Positions 53,494 through 64,000 of a stretch of 64,000 nt of DNA are shown piece by piece. Positions within the stretch are counted from its first letter, which is position 1. Each line of letters opens with the position of its first letter. The notes beneath the pieces were generated by a model, which saw nothing but the letters and a program-made list of their open reading frames with translations, did no database searches and was not told where the DNA came from. The DNA lies in contig MU058718.1 of assembly GCA_013265495.1 (NCBI GenBank), positions 310,001-374,000 on the forward strand, written 5' to 3'. This DNA is from Vicugna vicugna. Lineage: Eukaryota. The translations under genes and the position numbers were made by a program.

Positions 53494-54113
53494 CTAGAAT
53501 AAAAAACAGGCATGTCTTATTGATCTTATTTAGGGATAAGTCATGCCAAACATGATTATATACCCATAAAGGACAGTAAGCTATAGCATCAGGAATTCTT
53601 CAGAAGCCAAGCTGTTCAGTTTAAAAACAATTCATTTAATATAAAATTTGAGGAGTTACCTTGAATATCAACTTCACAAGGCAAATTTCTCAGAGAAGCT
53701 CAAGTTTTCTAAATAAAACTGATCAACATAGTGTGATGTGAATCCTGGCTTTATGTCAAACAAGTTACACACCCTCTCTGAGCTTCAGTTTCATTTTCAA
53801 AAAAACCAAAAACAAAAAAACCCACAATAGTTTAGGGTTAACCTGCAGCTTAAACAAGGTAACTCATGAAATGCTCTTAACACAATGTCTGGTATATAAT
53901 TTTCAATAAATGTTGGCTATTATTAACACTATCAGAACTAATAATTTAAAATGAATTTTCAAACATATTACATCTAAGTAAATTATGGCAAATCATCTAT
54001 CAAATGCCAAAAAAAAAAAAATCCAAGAAATCACAAAAAGCATCTCTTTTTATTTAAGACTTATGGCCCAGTTAGGACCAAAATACTTAAGAAGGATAAA
54101 TGCATGAACTTAC

Positions 54114-54131
54114 CGAAAATTCATCAGACAT
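54114..54131 (-). CDS. MAPK1IP1L: First coding exon (22-nt exon 54114-54135; MSDEFS)
   Basis: ttcag|GAAA ATG TCT GAT GAA TTT TCG|gtaagt; in frame with the next exon; total protein 6+235+3 = 244 aa. Confidence 0.95.
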
Positions 54132-54199
54132 TTTCCTGAAAAAGAAAGAAAAGAAAAAATGTTTTAAAACCAATGCTTCCCATTTCTTATATATTCTTT

Positions 54200-56500
54200 A
54201 AGGAACTTTCTATGCATACATTATTTTTACTTAAATGGAACCTTAATCATTTATATAATGTGTTTTTCTTTATAGAGGAAAATTTTCCATACTAGTTCAT
54301 ATAGCTCTATAAATCATCCCTTTTTACTAGCTGCACATCATATAAAAGTAATCCGTAATTTAGTTTACACCTCTCCATTTGGTAGCAGTTTAGGTTGTTC
54401 ACATTTCTGACTTGTTTTAAACAATGACACAGTGAACATCTCTGAACACACATCTTTGTGAATCTATCACCAGGGAAAGATACTACTAATGAAACTTACA
54501 GGCAATGGTTAAGGCCATCTAAACTCCATCTCAAAAAGGGATACCAATTTGCACTGTCTACCTTTTAAAAATCCTTCTTCACCACTGGATATTATTAAAT
54601 TTATTAATCATTTTCAATTATGATAGGTTAAAAATTGGCACCTTATTGTTTTAACTTACATTTCTTTAATTAAGTGGAAATTAGAGCATTATTTAGATTT
54701 AATACCCCATTTATATTTCTTTTTCTATGAATATGCTCATGTCCTTGGACCACTTTTGTCAATTTTAAACACTGAAGAATAATTAACACTCGATGAAATG
54801 CATAGTTTAGTGGTCAGGTCAACAAGCTCTGACAGTTGTATATGCCCCTGTAACCATCCAAGATATGGAACATTTCCCTAACTCAGTGAGGTTTACTCAT
54901 GCTACTTTTCAGTCAATTCCTCTTCCCACTTAGCAATCACTTTCTTAGTTTTTGCTTGTTCCTTGATTTCATATAAATAGAATAAAACAGTATGTACTCT
55001 TTTTTGCCTTTGATCATTTTACTAATTAGTAGTACATTTTTTAATGCTTTACAAACATTAAGGAAATTCACTGTCATATATGAGACAAAAAACTCACCTA
55101 TGTTTTCCATTGTATTTATATATTTTAACTTTAAAAACTGTTCTTTCATACTGAATAATCTTTCTTCCCCCGCTGACTTGACATGCTACCTTTAACACAT
55201 TTCACAGCTGCTACTGACAACAAATACTTACTGAATGTAATATACCATAGAACAGGCCCCATGCTAAGTGCTTTAGGTGTATAATCTCATTTAATAGATG
55301 CAGATTCTATCACCACCCCCAGTTTATAGCTGAAGGAAAGGAAGCTTAGCAAGTTAACTTTTTCAGGTCACCGAGCTAGTGACAAGCAGAGACTCAAACC
55401 CAGGTACAGTCTGACTCCAGAGCCAAGGCTCTTAAACACCAGGCCATAGAGCCTCCACCATTTCCCACAGGTATTGTGAACTCTATTCTCTTCCACTGAT
55501 CCACACTAGAACATTCCATCTCACTAGGGCAGCTTTATATTTTTAACAAATTGTATGATCTACTACTACTGCTTTTTCAGATTTTCCTGAAAATTCTCAC
55601 GCTTATTTTTTCCACTTTTTTTTTTTTTAGTCTGTTGGTGTTCTGGTTGAAACTGCATTAAATTTACAGGTTAACTTAGTGGACATTTGATATATTTAAA
55701 ATATAAAATCTTCTCATTCAGGAACAAGGTATGTCTTTCTAGTTCCCATCATTGTCATTTACTATCACTCAATCATTTTTAAAAATCAAGTCTCCTACAC
55801 ATTTTTTGTGAGTTAGATTTTTAACTGGTAAACATTTTGTTGTGGTTGTATATTGGCTCTTCCATTATATTTTCTAACTGGTTGTTCATATATGGCAAAA
55901 GCCCTTTAAATTTTAGTGTATTACTTTTATAAGCAGTGGTATTACTGAATTATTTTATTCCTGAAAGTCTCTTAGTTGATTCTCTGGAATCTGCAGGTAA
56001 AGAATTATGCCATCAGCAAAAAATAATTTTACCTTTTCTTTCCACTATTTACACCTCTTTTTTCTTTTGTATAAGCTAGAACTTAAACAACAATGAAAGG
56101 TTAAATAGTGGTAGTGAACACAGTAGTCTCTTCCCAACTCTCCTGGCAATGCTTCTAATGTTTAAGTACAATTCTCATTTTTAGTTTGAGACTTAAAAAA
56201 ATCACATTAAGGAAGTTTCTGTTTATGCCTATGTTGCTAGATTTATTTATTATTTTGTTAGTTGAAAAAAATAACACTGAACTTCAGAAGATTTTTTTGG
56301 CATCTAATGAGTTGATCTCATAGTTTTTCTCCTTTGACCCACCAATACACAATAGTTATATATATACTGCTCAATACTGAGTCATCCTTGCATTGACAGA
56401 GTTTTATTAAGTACGACTTGGTCATCATGAGGAATGATAAAAGAAAATGAACACGAAGCCTACTAAGTACAACAACTATAATCTTGCTTTTAATTTGTAA
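54200..56500 (-). mobile_element. Highly degenerate old L1 fragments plus a MIR (about 55220-55450) in MAPK1IP1L intron 1
   Basis: Antisense L1-like motifs (tggttgaaactgcattaaatttacaggttaac, ttgattctctggaatctgcaggtaaagaattatgccatcagc) and a MIR core. Strand given is relative to the window. Confidence 0.65.
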
Positions 56501-59500
56501 TATTAAAAAAACACATCGTGAACGTACAGTAAACACAATTACCCATTCATTCCCATGTTAAGGTTTGTTTTATACTAAAATGTCACATCACACAATAGCA
56601 AATTCTTAGGACTAACACCTGAAGAAAGTTCATCAGTGCAAGACAGGTTTAAAGTCTACGTAAGACTAACATCCTTTTCAAACAGGGTGAGCCTTAACGA
56701 AACAGAAAATGGTTCTGTATCAAAGTCCACATAGTTCTGGAGCAGAAACCTCACAAAGCAAGCAACCCATTCAACTTCATGTGGTTCTACAGTTTAGGTT
56801 TTCAGAATTACCCTTCCCCTCTTATTAGTTTTTGAAAAACATGATAAAGTTAACCAATAAATGTAAGTTATTCCACTAGTTAGTAATATTAAACTGATTC
56901 ACACAACTCTGGCTTTCAGAATTTTAAATTCAAAATCAAACCCTGGAAGATAGAGGAATTAATAGTGCCCTGACCAAAGGAATTAGAATTAGGTCACTTC
57001 CTGTTCTGCAGCACCACAGAGTAAAGTGACTGGCTCTCCATGCCTAGAACAAACAGTGTTCATGTTAACTGGAGACATTCCAATTTACTCTTTGGGGAAT
57101 ACTGTCATCATAAAAAGGCAAAAAATAGAGTTGGACATCAGTATTCCAATATGAGACAAACTGGAGAATGTAAAAAACCCCTATATTTTCTTTAAAAAAA
57201 AAACTATTCCAAAACATATGGATTATGCTCATTATTAATTAAGATGAGGCCAGTATAACCTTGAACTAACATCAACAAAAAGTTGATGATCAAAAAAGAT
57301 TTTTATTTTTCTTTTTGGAAAAAAAAAAAGCTATTACTTTTAAAACTTTCCAGTAATAATTTATGGCAGAATCTACATGTCATCTGAAAAATAATCGCTG
57401 TTTTTTTCTAAGGAGCAAGAGGAGTAATTTTAAAATAGAGCACGAAATTTCTTATGACATGCACTAGAAAAGTAAAACATTTCTGTAATGCCTATTATGA
57501 CCTTTAGAGTAAAAAAGGTAATTCAATCAGGGGGAGGTTTAAAAAAGTTGAACTCCAAAAACTACTAGTGACTATTGGACAAGGAGTATTTCAAAGGGCC
57601 ATCAAATTGTGGAGGAGACATTAACAGTATGGGGCCACACAGTTATGAAACCTGAACATCAATCCTTTCGTCTGAATCTTTTGACAAAAAGCCAGCTTTT
57701 CCACCAGAGACCATTTTCTCATCAGCAAAACAGTTATAATTTCTGATTACTTCACAGAAAATTAAAATATTTAATAATCTATAAAGTGTTGTAAACAAGA
57801 AAGTTACTTATTAAGAGTCACTAAGGGAAATCAGGATTTCTGCACTGATTTGCTTAGTATGAGGCAGGGAGGATAATGAACTGTACTGAAAATATAAATT
57901 TTGAATTGCATACATGATAGTTTTTCATACTGGCTTTCATCAGATACTCTATCTTATATTTGAGCAATTCAAGAAATAAGGGATTTGCCAGTTTTTGAAC
58001 ATTTTAAAGTACTTTAAAACTTGATATAAAAATAATTTGTTTTAACAACCTCATGCCAGCCATATTTTCTACATCCAGATACTCACTGCAACATATGTAC
58101 CAGGAACTGTGTTGAGCCTTGGGGAAATGAATGGTGTTACAAGGAATAACTGCTTAAGGCTGTTGACAGTCTGGCGGAGAACCACCATTTAAACAGTAAC
58201 ATTACTGGAGTAAGCACAGGGCGCTCTGGGAGTATCTTGAAGAGTTCCTAAAGGAATCAAGGAGGAGAGGTGGAGGGAGGAATCCTTACAGTCTGGGAGA
58301 ACAATAAAGAAAGAGCTGGGAGTAGGGGATGGTGGGACAGCCCTAGCCAAAGGAGCACAGTCTGTGCAAAAGCTGAGAGGGAGGCAAGAGAAAATCTGGG
58401 GAGTGTAAGCAGTTCAGATTGGCTGGAATATAGGAAGGGGAAGAAAGTTTGAAGACCAGGATTTGAATGTCACGGAGTCAGCTCATCTGAATGAACCGAT
58501 TTCCTGAACTATGAAGAATGGGCCAGTAATGTGAGAGACTAAATGGGACTGGCAAATCAAGTGCTAATAGTTAAAGTGCTCCAGAAATAGATATATTGTT
58601 TTGTCTTCGTAGGCATATGGGCATACTGCCTTACTGTAGGCATGACTAGCTAACACTGTAGCTCTTCACTGGGTGGCTCTGGACAAACCCAACTCTCCAA
58701 ACCTCAGAGGTGAAAGTAGACAAGAATAGTACCCACCTCACAGATTCGCTGTGAGACTTATATAATAAATCTCTTAGCATTGTATGCAACATAGCAAAAA
58801 TGAATGTTATCTTTTACAGTCACTATTATAGTTCCAGAAACCTCTATCTGCAGTTCTCAATTCAGAAACCTCTGAAAAAGAAATGCTCCCAAGTTTGGCA
58901 TAAATCTTACTCGGTGGCAAAACCTGACCTGAGGTTATTTTTAGTTTCCATTAATTCCTACCTGTCGCTGCACAAATATTGATAATGTTGGATTAAGGGA
59001 TGCTGCCCTGACTCTGCCGGTGTGTTTTCTCATCTATGCACCTTACAGTCCTCCTAAAATCTAAACGTAAAATCCAAAGATTTCTAAATTCCAAAACAGA
59101 GATCCCAAGGATTTCGGTTAAGGCGTCGGGCTGCGGGTCTCTGTACCTCCTGGAGAAAGGAAAAGAACATTCCAGGATACACAACTCAAAAGTTTCTGAG
59201 ATAAACTAGATTTGAGTAAGAGCTTCACAAACCAGCGGCAAGAAAAATTTCTATTCTTCCTACCCAGTGAACACTCCTGAGCAAAGACCTTCGGAAAATT
59301 TTCCAAAGGCCACCTTCGACTGTAATCAAGGTTCGTTTTCAAAACAGGCCCTTACAACCACGAGGTGTACGAGTGCGTATTTTTTTTAGTACCAAAGCAA
59401 TAAAAAAATTCTTATGGTCGGGTAAGTATGGTTCGATGCTTTAACATTATTATCTTTATCTATTGAAAACACTACTCTCGGTTTTCAAAAGAAAATGGTC

Positions 59501-59699
59501 CAGCTACTTGTGAGCCACCAAGGGCTCATAAATCCTAAAGGGAGTATTACAGAACTCAGCACTTTCCATAGTTTGTCATAGCAACTCCTCTAGAAAGTAA
59601 TGACCAGAACGTTGTCACATTGAGAATAATCTTAGAGAAGCGTCAAAGACGACTCCAAGAATGTCTGCAAGTCTCTCTCTCCCTTTCATTAGAAATTAA

Positions 59700-60480
59700 T
59701 GAATGGCGGAGGGGGTCAGAGCCGAGGGGCGCGAGGCCCGGCGCCCTTTAGGGCCAAACGAACAAAAGGAGTCCAGGATTAACCGGAGCGAACCGGCCTC
59801 CGAGCGGGTCGCGCGCCCGCCGGGAAGGGGTGGGGGAGGGGCCGGGCCCGCTCCGCGCCCCGCCCCTCAACTAGGCCTGACGTCCAACGCCGAGAGACCC
59901 GTCGGGCGCGACGTCACCCGCCTCCGAGGCTTTCTCCCTAGGGGGCGACCGGGCGGGCAGCGGGCTGCCGAGAGGAAGACGACGGGGAGAAGCCCTTAGC
60001 CCCCGGTGTCCAAAGAGACGACTGCGGGCACCTCCGTTACCGAGCCCGCCTCCCGCCTGGGCGTGCTCGCTCACTGCCCTCCACGACCCCGCTAGTGCCG
60101 AAGCAGCCTCACCCGGCAAGATTCGAGTCCGCAGCAAGGTCTAAAAGCGGCGATGGGTCCGAGGGAACCGGGTGCTGAAGAACCGAACGCAGCCTGACTG
60201 ACGGCAGCGGCAGGGGCGGCACCAACACCAGGAGCAGCACCAGCACCAGCAGCGCGCGGCTCGTCCTGGCGCCGGAACAGGAAGTGCGGTGCTCGGAGCG
60301 CGCCGCCTCCGCCTGCGCTCCGCCTCCCCTCTGGTCCGGCCGTGCCGCGCGCGCCCCCACCAGGGCCCTGGTGGCGCGGCTGCTCTTTGCTCTCGCCCGG
60401 AGTGGCTGCCGTTTCCCGGTGGGCGAGAAAGCTCCCCGGTTTTCCGGAGTTCTGAGCTTCTGGAGGAAACACCAGTAACG
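59700..60480 (-). promoter_or_regulatory. MAPK1IP1L: CpG-island promoter of MAPK1IP1L with tandem ETS sites and a CRE-like site
   Basis: CpG-dense. CCGGAA (60272-60277) and CAGGAAGTG (60278-60286); GACGTCA near 59910-59916; TGACGT near 59878 and 60483. Confidence 0.88.
60113..60285 (-). other. MAPK1IP1L: Non-coding exon 1 (5'UTR)
   Basis: Minus strand CTTCCTGTTCCGGCGCC...GAATCTTGCCGG|gtgagg; splicing to exon 2 gives GCCGGGAAAATGT (A at -3). TSS approximate. Confidence 0.75.
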
Positions 60481-61271
60481 GGTGACGTTCTAAACAGCCT
60501 GGCAGAAATTGCTAACTTGACTCCTGTAGGGTTTTGGGTTTCCCATATTCACGGTCTTGAGATCCAGGCCTCGAAGTGTGAATGCGGCCCAACCCCGGGA
60601 TACGGATCCTTGGGCCCAAACTGGGGAGAGCTAAAGCAACAACACAGAAAGGGGCATTAATTAATGATTGCAAATGGCTTGACAAATTGATATTAACTAA
60701 TTGTACAGATGTCTTTGCAGATTTTTCCTAATCAGCATTTCTTCTCCCCATATGTTCATTTTTGGATAAACCTTTAAGTATCTACTCTGTCAGGCCCAAA
60801 AGATGATTGACACAAGGCCCCAGCCGTCAAGGAACTGCTAGCTGGTAATGAAGATGTCAGTTATGTGGTGTACAAGATATATATACACATAAAATACATA
60901 CATATTTAATATGTAAGAATTAAAAGTATGCAATATTCTTACATTTTGCTTGTTTCTGTAAGCTGTTAGTCGGTGGGTGGATATTTTACAATAATCTCCC
61001 TAAACGAAGACTTAATCTCTGGATTAGCTCCACAGCACACATAATTCTCATACTGAAAAATGAGGAAGAGAGAAATTTTAAATACCTAAGCTTGGGGAAG
61101 ACATACTTTTGGATAGGGGCAGTGGTCTATGGAAAATGGTACCAGTAGTGTGAACGACCTACCCTGCCCTCATAGGAGGCAGTGAATCAGCAGTGTCTTG
61201 TGGAGCCATAGGAAGCCTGAGGCAATAGAAGTCAGTAAAACATGATGTATTTAAAAAATTGGTATTTTGCA

Positions 61272-61402
61272 GAGGGGAGGTATAGCTCAGTGTTAAAGAG
61301 TTCCTGCTTAGCATGCACTAGGTCCTGGGTTCAATCCCCAGTACCTCCACCCAAAATAAACAAACCTAATTACCTCCCCCGCAAAAAATGAAATAAAAAA
61401 AT
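61272..61402 (+). mobile_element. tRNA-derived SINE (Vic-1-like)
   Basis: ggggaggtatagctcagtg...ggtcctgggttcaatccccagtacctcc...aaacctaattacctcccc; degenerate TSD aaaaattggtattttgc / aaaaatttgatattctgc. Confidence 0.92.
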
Positions 61403-61549
61403 AAAAATTTGATATTCTGCTTGTTGGGGGGGCACTGATTCTGATTTCTAGATGTTGGACAAAAATAGTATTTTTCATTACTGAGGTTTTTAGTCAAAAA
61501 ATTTGTGACCGCATTGAGTGCCTCACTCACCCCACCCTAGTCCTGGCCA

Positions 61550-61906
61550 TGTTTATCACAGTGCTGGCAGCCCCAGCTTTTCCCACGCTCCCAGCCAATA
61601 ACTCAGCATGGTGGGAGTTCAAGAGCTAGGCCAGGCCATTCTTGTCCTATATGGGCTCCTACAGGCAAGCTCTATAGGGAACTAAATCCCCAACTAACTT
61701 TCTTAGAACTGCACTGCCCACCCTACCCAATCCTTCCTTCAATTTCTTTCACAGATGTCAGACTTGCAACGTGGTAGGAAGATTTCCCCACCTTCTCCTG
61801 CTCCCTTTCCCTTTATTCTTCATAGATGTCCACCACCCTCCAGTAAGTCTCTTGCACATTTAAGCACATCTTGGCATCTGCTTCTGGGAAGACCCAAAAG
61901 GACACA
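61550..61906 (+). mobile_element. ERVL LTR fragment (LTR16-like)
   Basis: 3' end ccctccagtaagtctcttgcacatttaagcacatcttggcatctgcttctgggaagacccaaaaggacaca resembles LTR16-family ends. Confidence 0.6.
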
Positions 61907-62034
61907 CTAAAAACTGAAAGGAAAACATGTAATACATATTTAAAATTTTCTCTTATCAGGTTCTAAGTTGAATGTTCCAGGTAAAGATATACAATGTTTT
62001 AAAAACAAACTACAAAGCCTTTGGATTTTATATA

Positions 62035-64000
62035 TGAAGTTTTAATAAGTGAAAATTTATTCAGATCATTTTATTTGAACTCACATCCAAGAGACATTCA
62101 ACTTCAAGGATTAGAAATAGAAATGGAAACACTCCTTTTTGGGTAAAGGGTGGATCATACAAGTGGGACTGGTAAGAGTACTAATAGCTTTATGAAGTTA
62201 CTACTTAAAACTCTGTATATTCAAGTATATATCAAGTTCATACTTGGTTTATACAGAATTTATCCAATTCTAGCAAAGTCGGCATAATTTAAGTAAATGT
62301 CCTTGAGTTTTACACTCTCAAGTCTGAAAGCTTAGATTTGATTATAACCACAGCAAAAGTGATTATCTTTACTTCCTGCAAATGTAATCAACTTTTAAAA
62401 TAACTTAGGCAAACATCAATTTTACACAAACCTTATTAAGGGTAAGAGAAAATTGCAACTGTCCATCTAATTGCAGAGTCTAAACCATAAATTCAAGCTG
62501 TACCGTTATCTTTATTGTCAAATCAAGTCAAGAAAGCCTATTACAGAGTAAAAGAAGTGAATGTGAATCTGCAGGATTCACTAAGGGGATACTTTGAAAA
62601 CCTATCATCACATTAGTATTGTACAGAAATTATTTTCAAGTATGCTCCAAGGGTTACCTCTAAATTGAAGAATTAACCTTCGGGAAGTCAAGTGACAAAT
62701 AGTATTATCTATATTTTATGTGCTAGGAAATAAAAGCAAAGAAAGATTTAGGATTGAGTAATCTATTCAAAATTAAAAAGTAAATCAAAAAGACTGGCTT
62801 AAATATGAAAACAAATGTATGTATGTATATGCATGACTAGGACATTGTGCTGTACAGCAGAGATGGACACGCTGTAATTGACTACTTCACTTAAAAAAAA
62901 AAAGACTGGCTTTATTTGAAACAGGATTCATGTGCCTTAAGTCCCTTTCCACTGGGTTTATATATCCATTAGTCTACATTTCTACTTAGAAGCCAAACCA
63001 TTTCCAAAATTTCTATTTTGTGTCCATTTCTTAATGTATTAGGATAGTATAGACAGACTTGTCGTGTTGCTCATTTCTAATAGGCCATTGAAAAAGAAAA
63101 ATCCCTTGTGCTTTCTGCTCTTTAGAAATAAAAATGAATATAAAATTATGTTAAAACTAAGTTTTTTTCCAAAGTAGAAACAATAAGCTGCTTGACTTAA
63201 AATCCTTTATTCATTTGGGCATTAAATTACCTAACACACAATCTATTTTACATCGAAAGTTTCCCTTGTGTTGTCTCCAGGAATGTTACATAACTAAATC
63301 TTCTTCCTGTGAAATTTGCTCTACTAAAATCAATATATAACCTATTTGACTCTGGTTATAGCTAAAAGTGACAAAAAAGATTTTTAACAAAAACTATAAA
63401 TGTGTTTTATAAGAGTTAGGTCTCAAGGTTTTTGTTTCATAGGAAGGAAGCTCTCTATTACATGGATCTATAAAATGATCCAAACTTCAGAGACAGGAAG
63501 CTGATAACTTGATTTATCTTCTTAATGGCTTTGGCTCATGAATAAGTGATAATGGTTTGTGTTTTTCTTATAAAAAGAAATGGAATTTGTATAATGATGA
63601 GTCCTATTTGCCACATTCGCTTTTTTTTTAAAAGGATTTCTAATTACTTAGACATTCTTTATATTATTTATAATAAGACATCAAAACTTTAACTGAAAGC
63701 CATTTTTTGACCACAGTTTGCCATTAGCTGAAATTCAGGAAAGAACACAGGTCTGATCACCAAATCAATAAATCTAGCCGCAGGCTGACTAAAAGCTTCC
63801 TTTAATCTTCTTCCTATTAGGTCTTCCTTTAAATTAAACCATCCCCTCTATGAATTATTTAAGTGAATGGCATGGTTATAGAAAGATCAGATATAATTCA
63901 TAAATCATAAAAACGCTCAAAGAACCTAAAAAACTCAGCCTGTTTCAGGAATTCTAGGATGAAGCAAGATGATGTATCTTTAAAAAAAGGGGGAGCAAGG
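62035..64000 (-). other. SOCS4: Probable distal 3'UTR of the upstream neighbouring gene (SOCS4 by synteny)
   Basis: AT-rich, repeat-poor; tandem minus-strand AATAAA at 62056-62061 and 62070-62075, about 1.8 kb upstream of the MAPK1IP1L TSS. No coding sequence is in the window, so the identity is inferred. Confidence 0.45.
62801..62898 (+). mobile_element. Young, severely 5'-truncated L1 3' end
   Basis: gcatgactaggacattgtgctgtacagcagagatggacacgctgtaattgactacttcac plus A-tail; perfect 14-bp TSD AAAAAGACTGGCTT (62787-62800 / 62899-62912). Confidence 0.85.

Overview
Mammalian (not prokaryotic) genomic DNA, most likely camelid (alpaca/llama/camel), judged from seven copies of a tRNA-derived SINE resembling the camelid Vic-1 family. 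All host genes are on the minus strand, in the conserved SOCS4 - MAPK1IP1L - LGALS3 order. At the right end is an AT-rich stretch that is probably the SOCS4 3'UTR (synteny inference only). Next is the complete MAPK1IP1L/MISS(L) gene: a CpG-island exon 1, a 22-nt exon 2 (MSDEFS), a 705-nt Pro/Gly/Tyr-rich exon 3 and a last exon coding only SYH*, 244 aa in total. About 46 kb of repeat-rich intergenic DNA follows (L1, L2, MIR, MaLR/ERV LTRs, DNA transposons, a full-length RPL31 retrocopy, an unidentified TSD-flanked 865-bp insertion). At the left end are the CpG island and non-coding exon 1 of LGALS3; its coding exons are outside the window. The most interesting signal is that MAPK1IP1L looks like a tandem paralogue of the galectin-3 N-terminal domain lacking the lectin domain, with phase-compatible exons that could allow read-through chimeras. 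Almost all other entries in the ORF track are chance ORFs. Gene, repeat-family and human-sequence comparisons are from memory, not from database searches.
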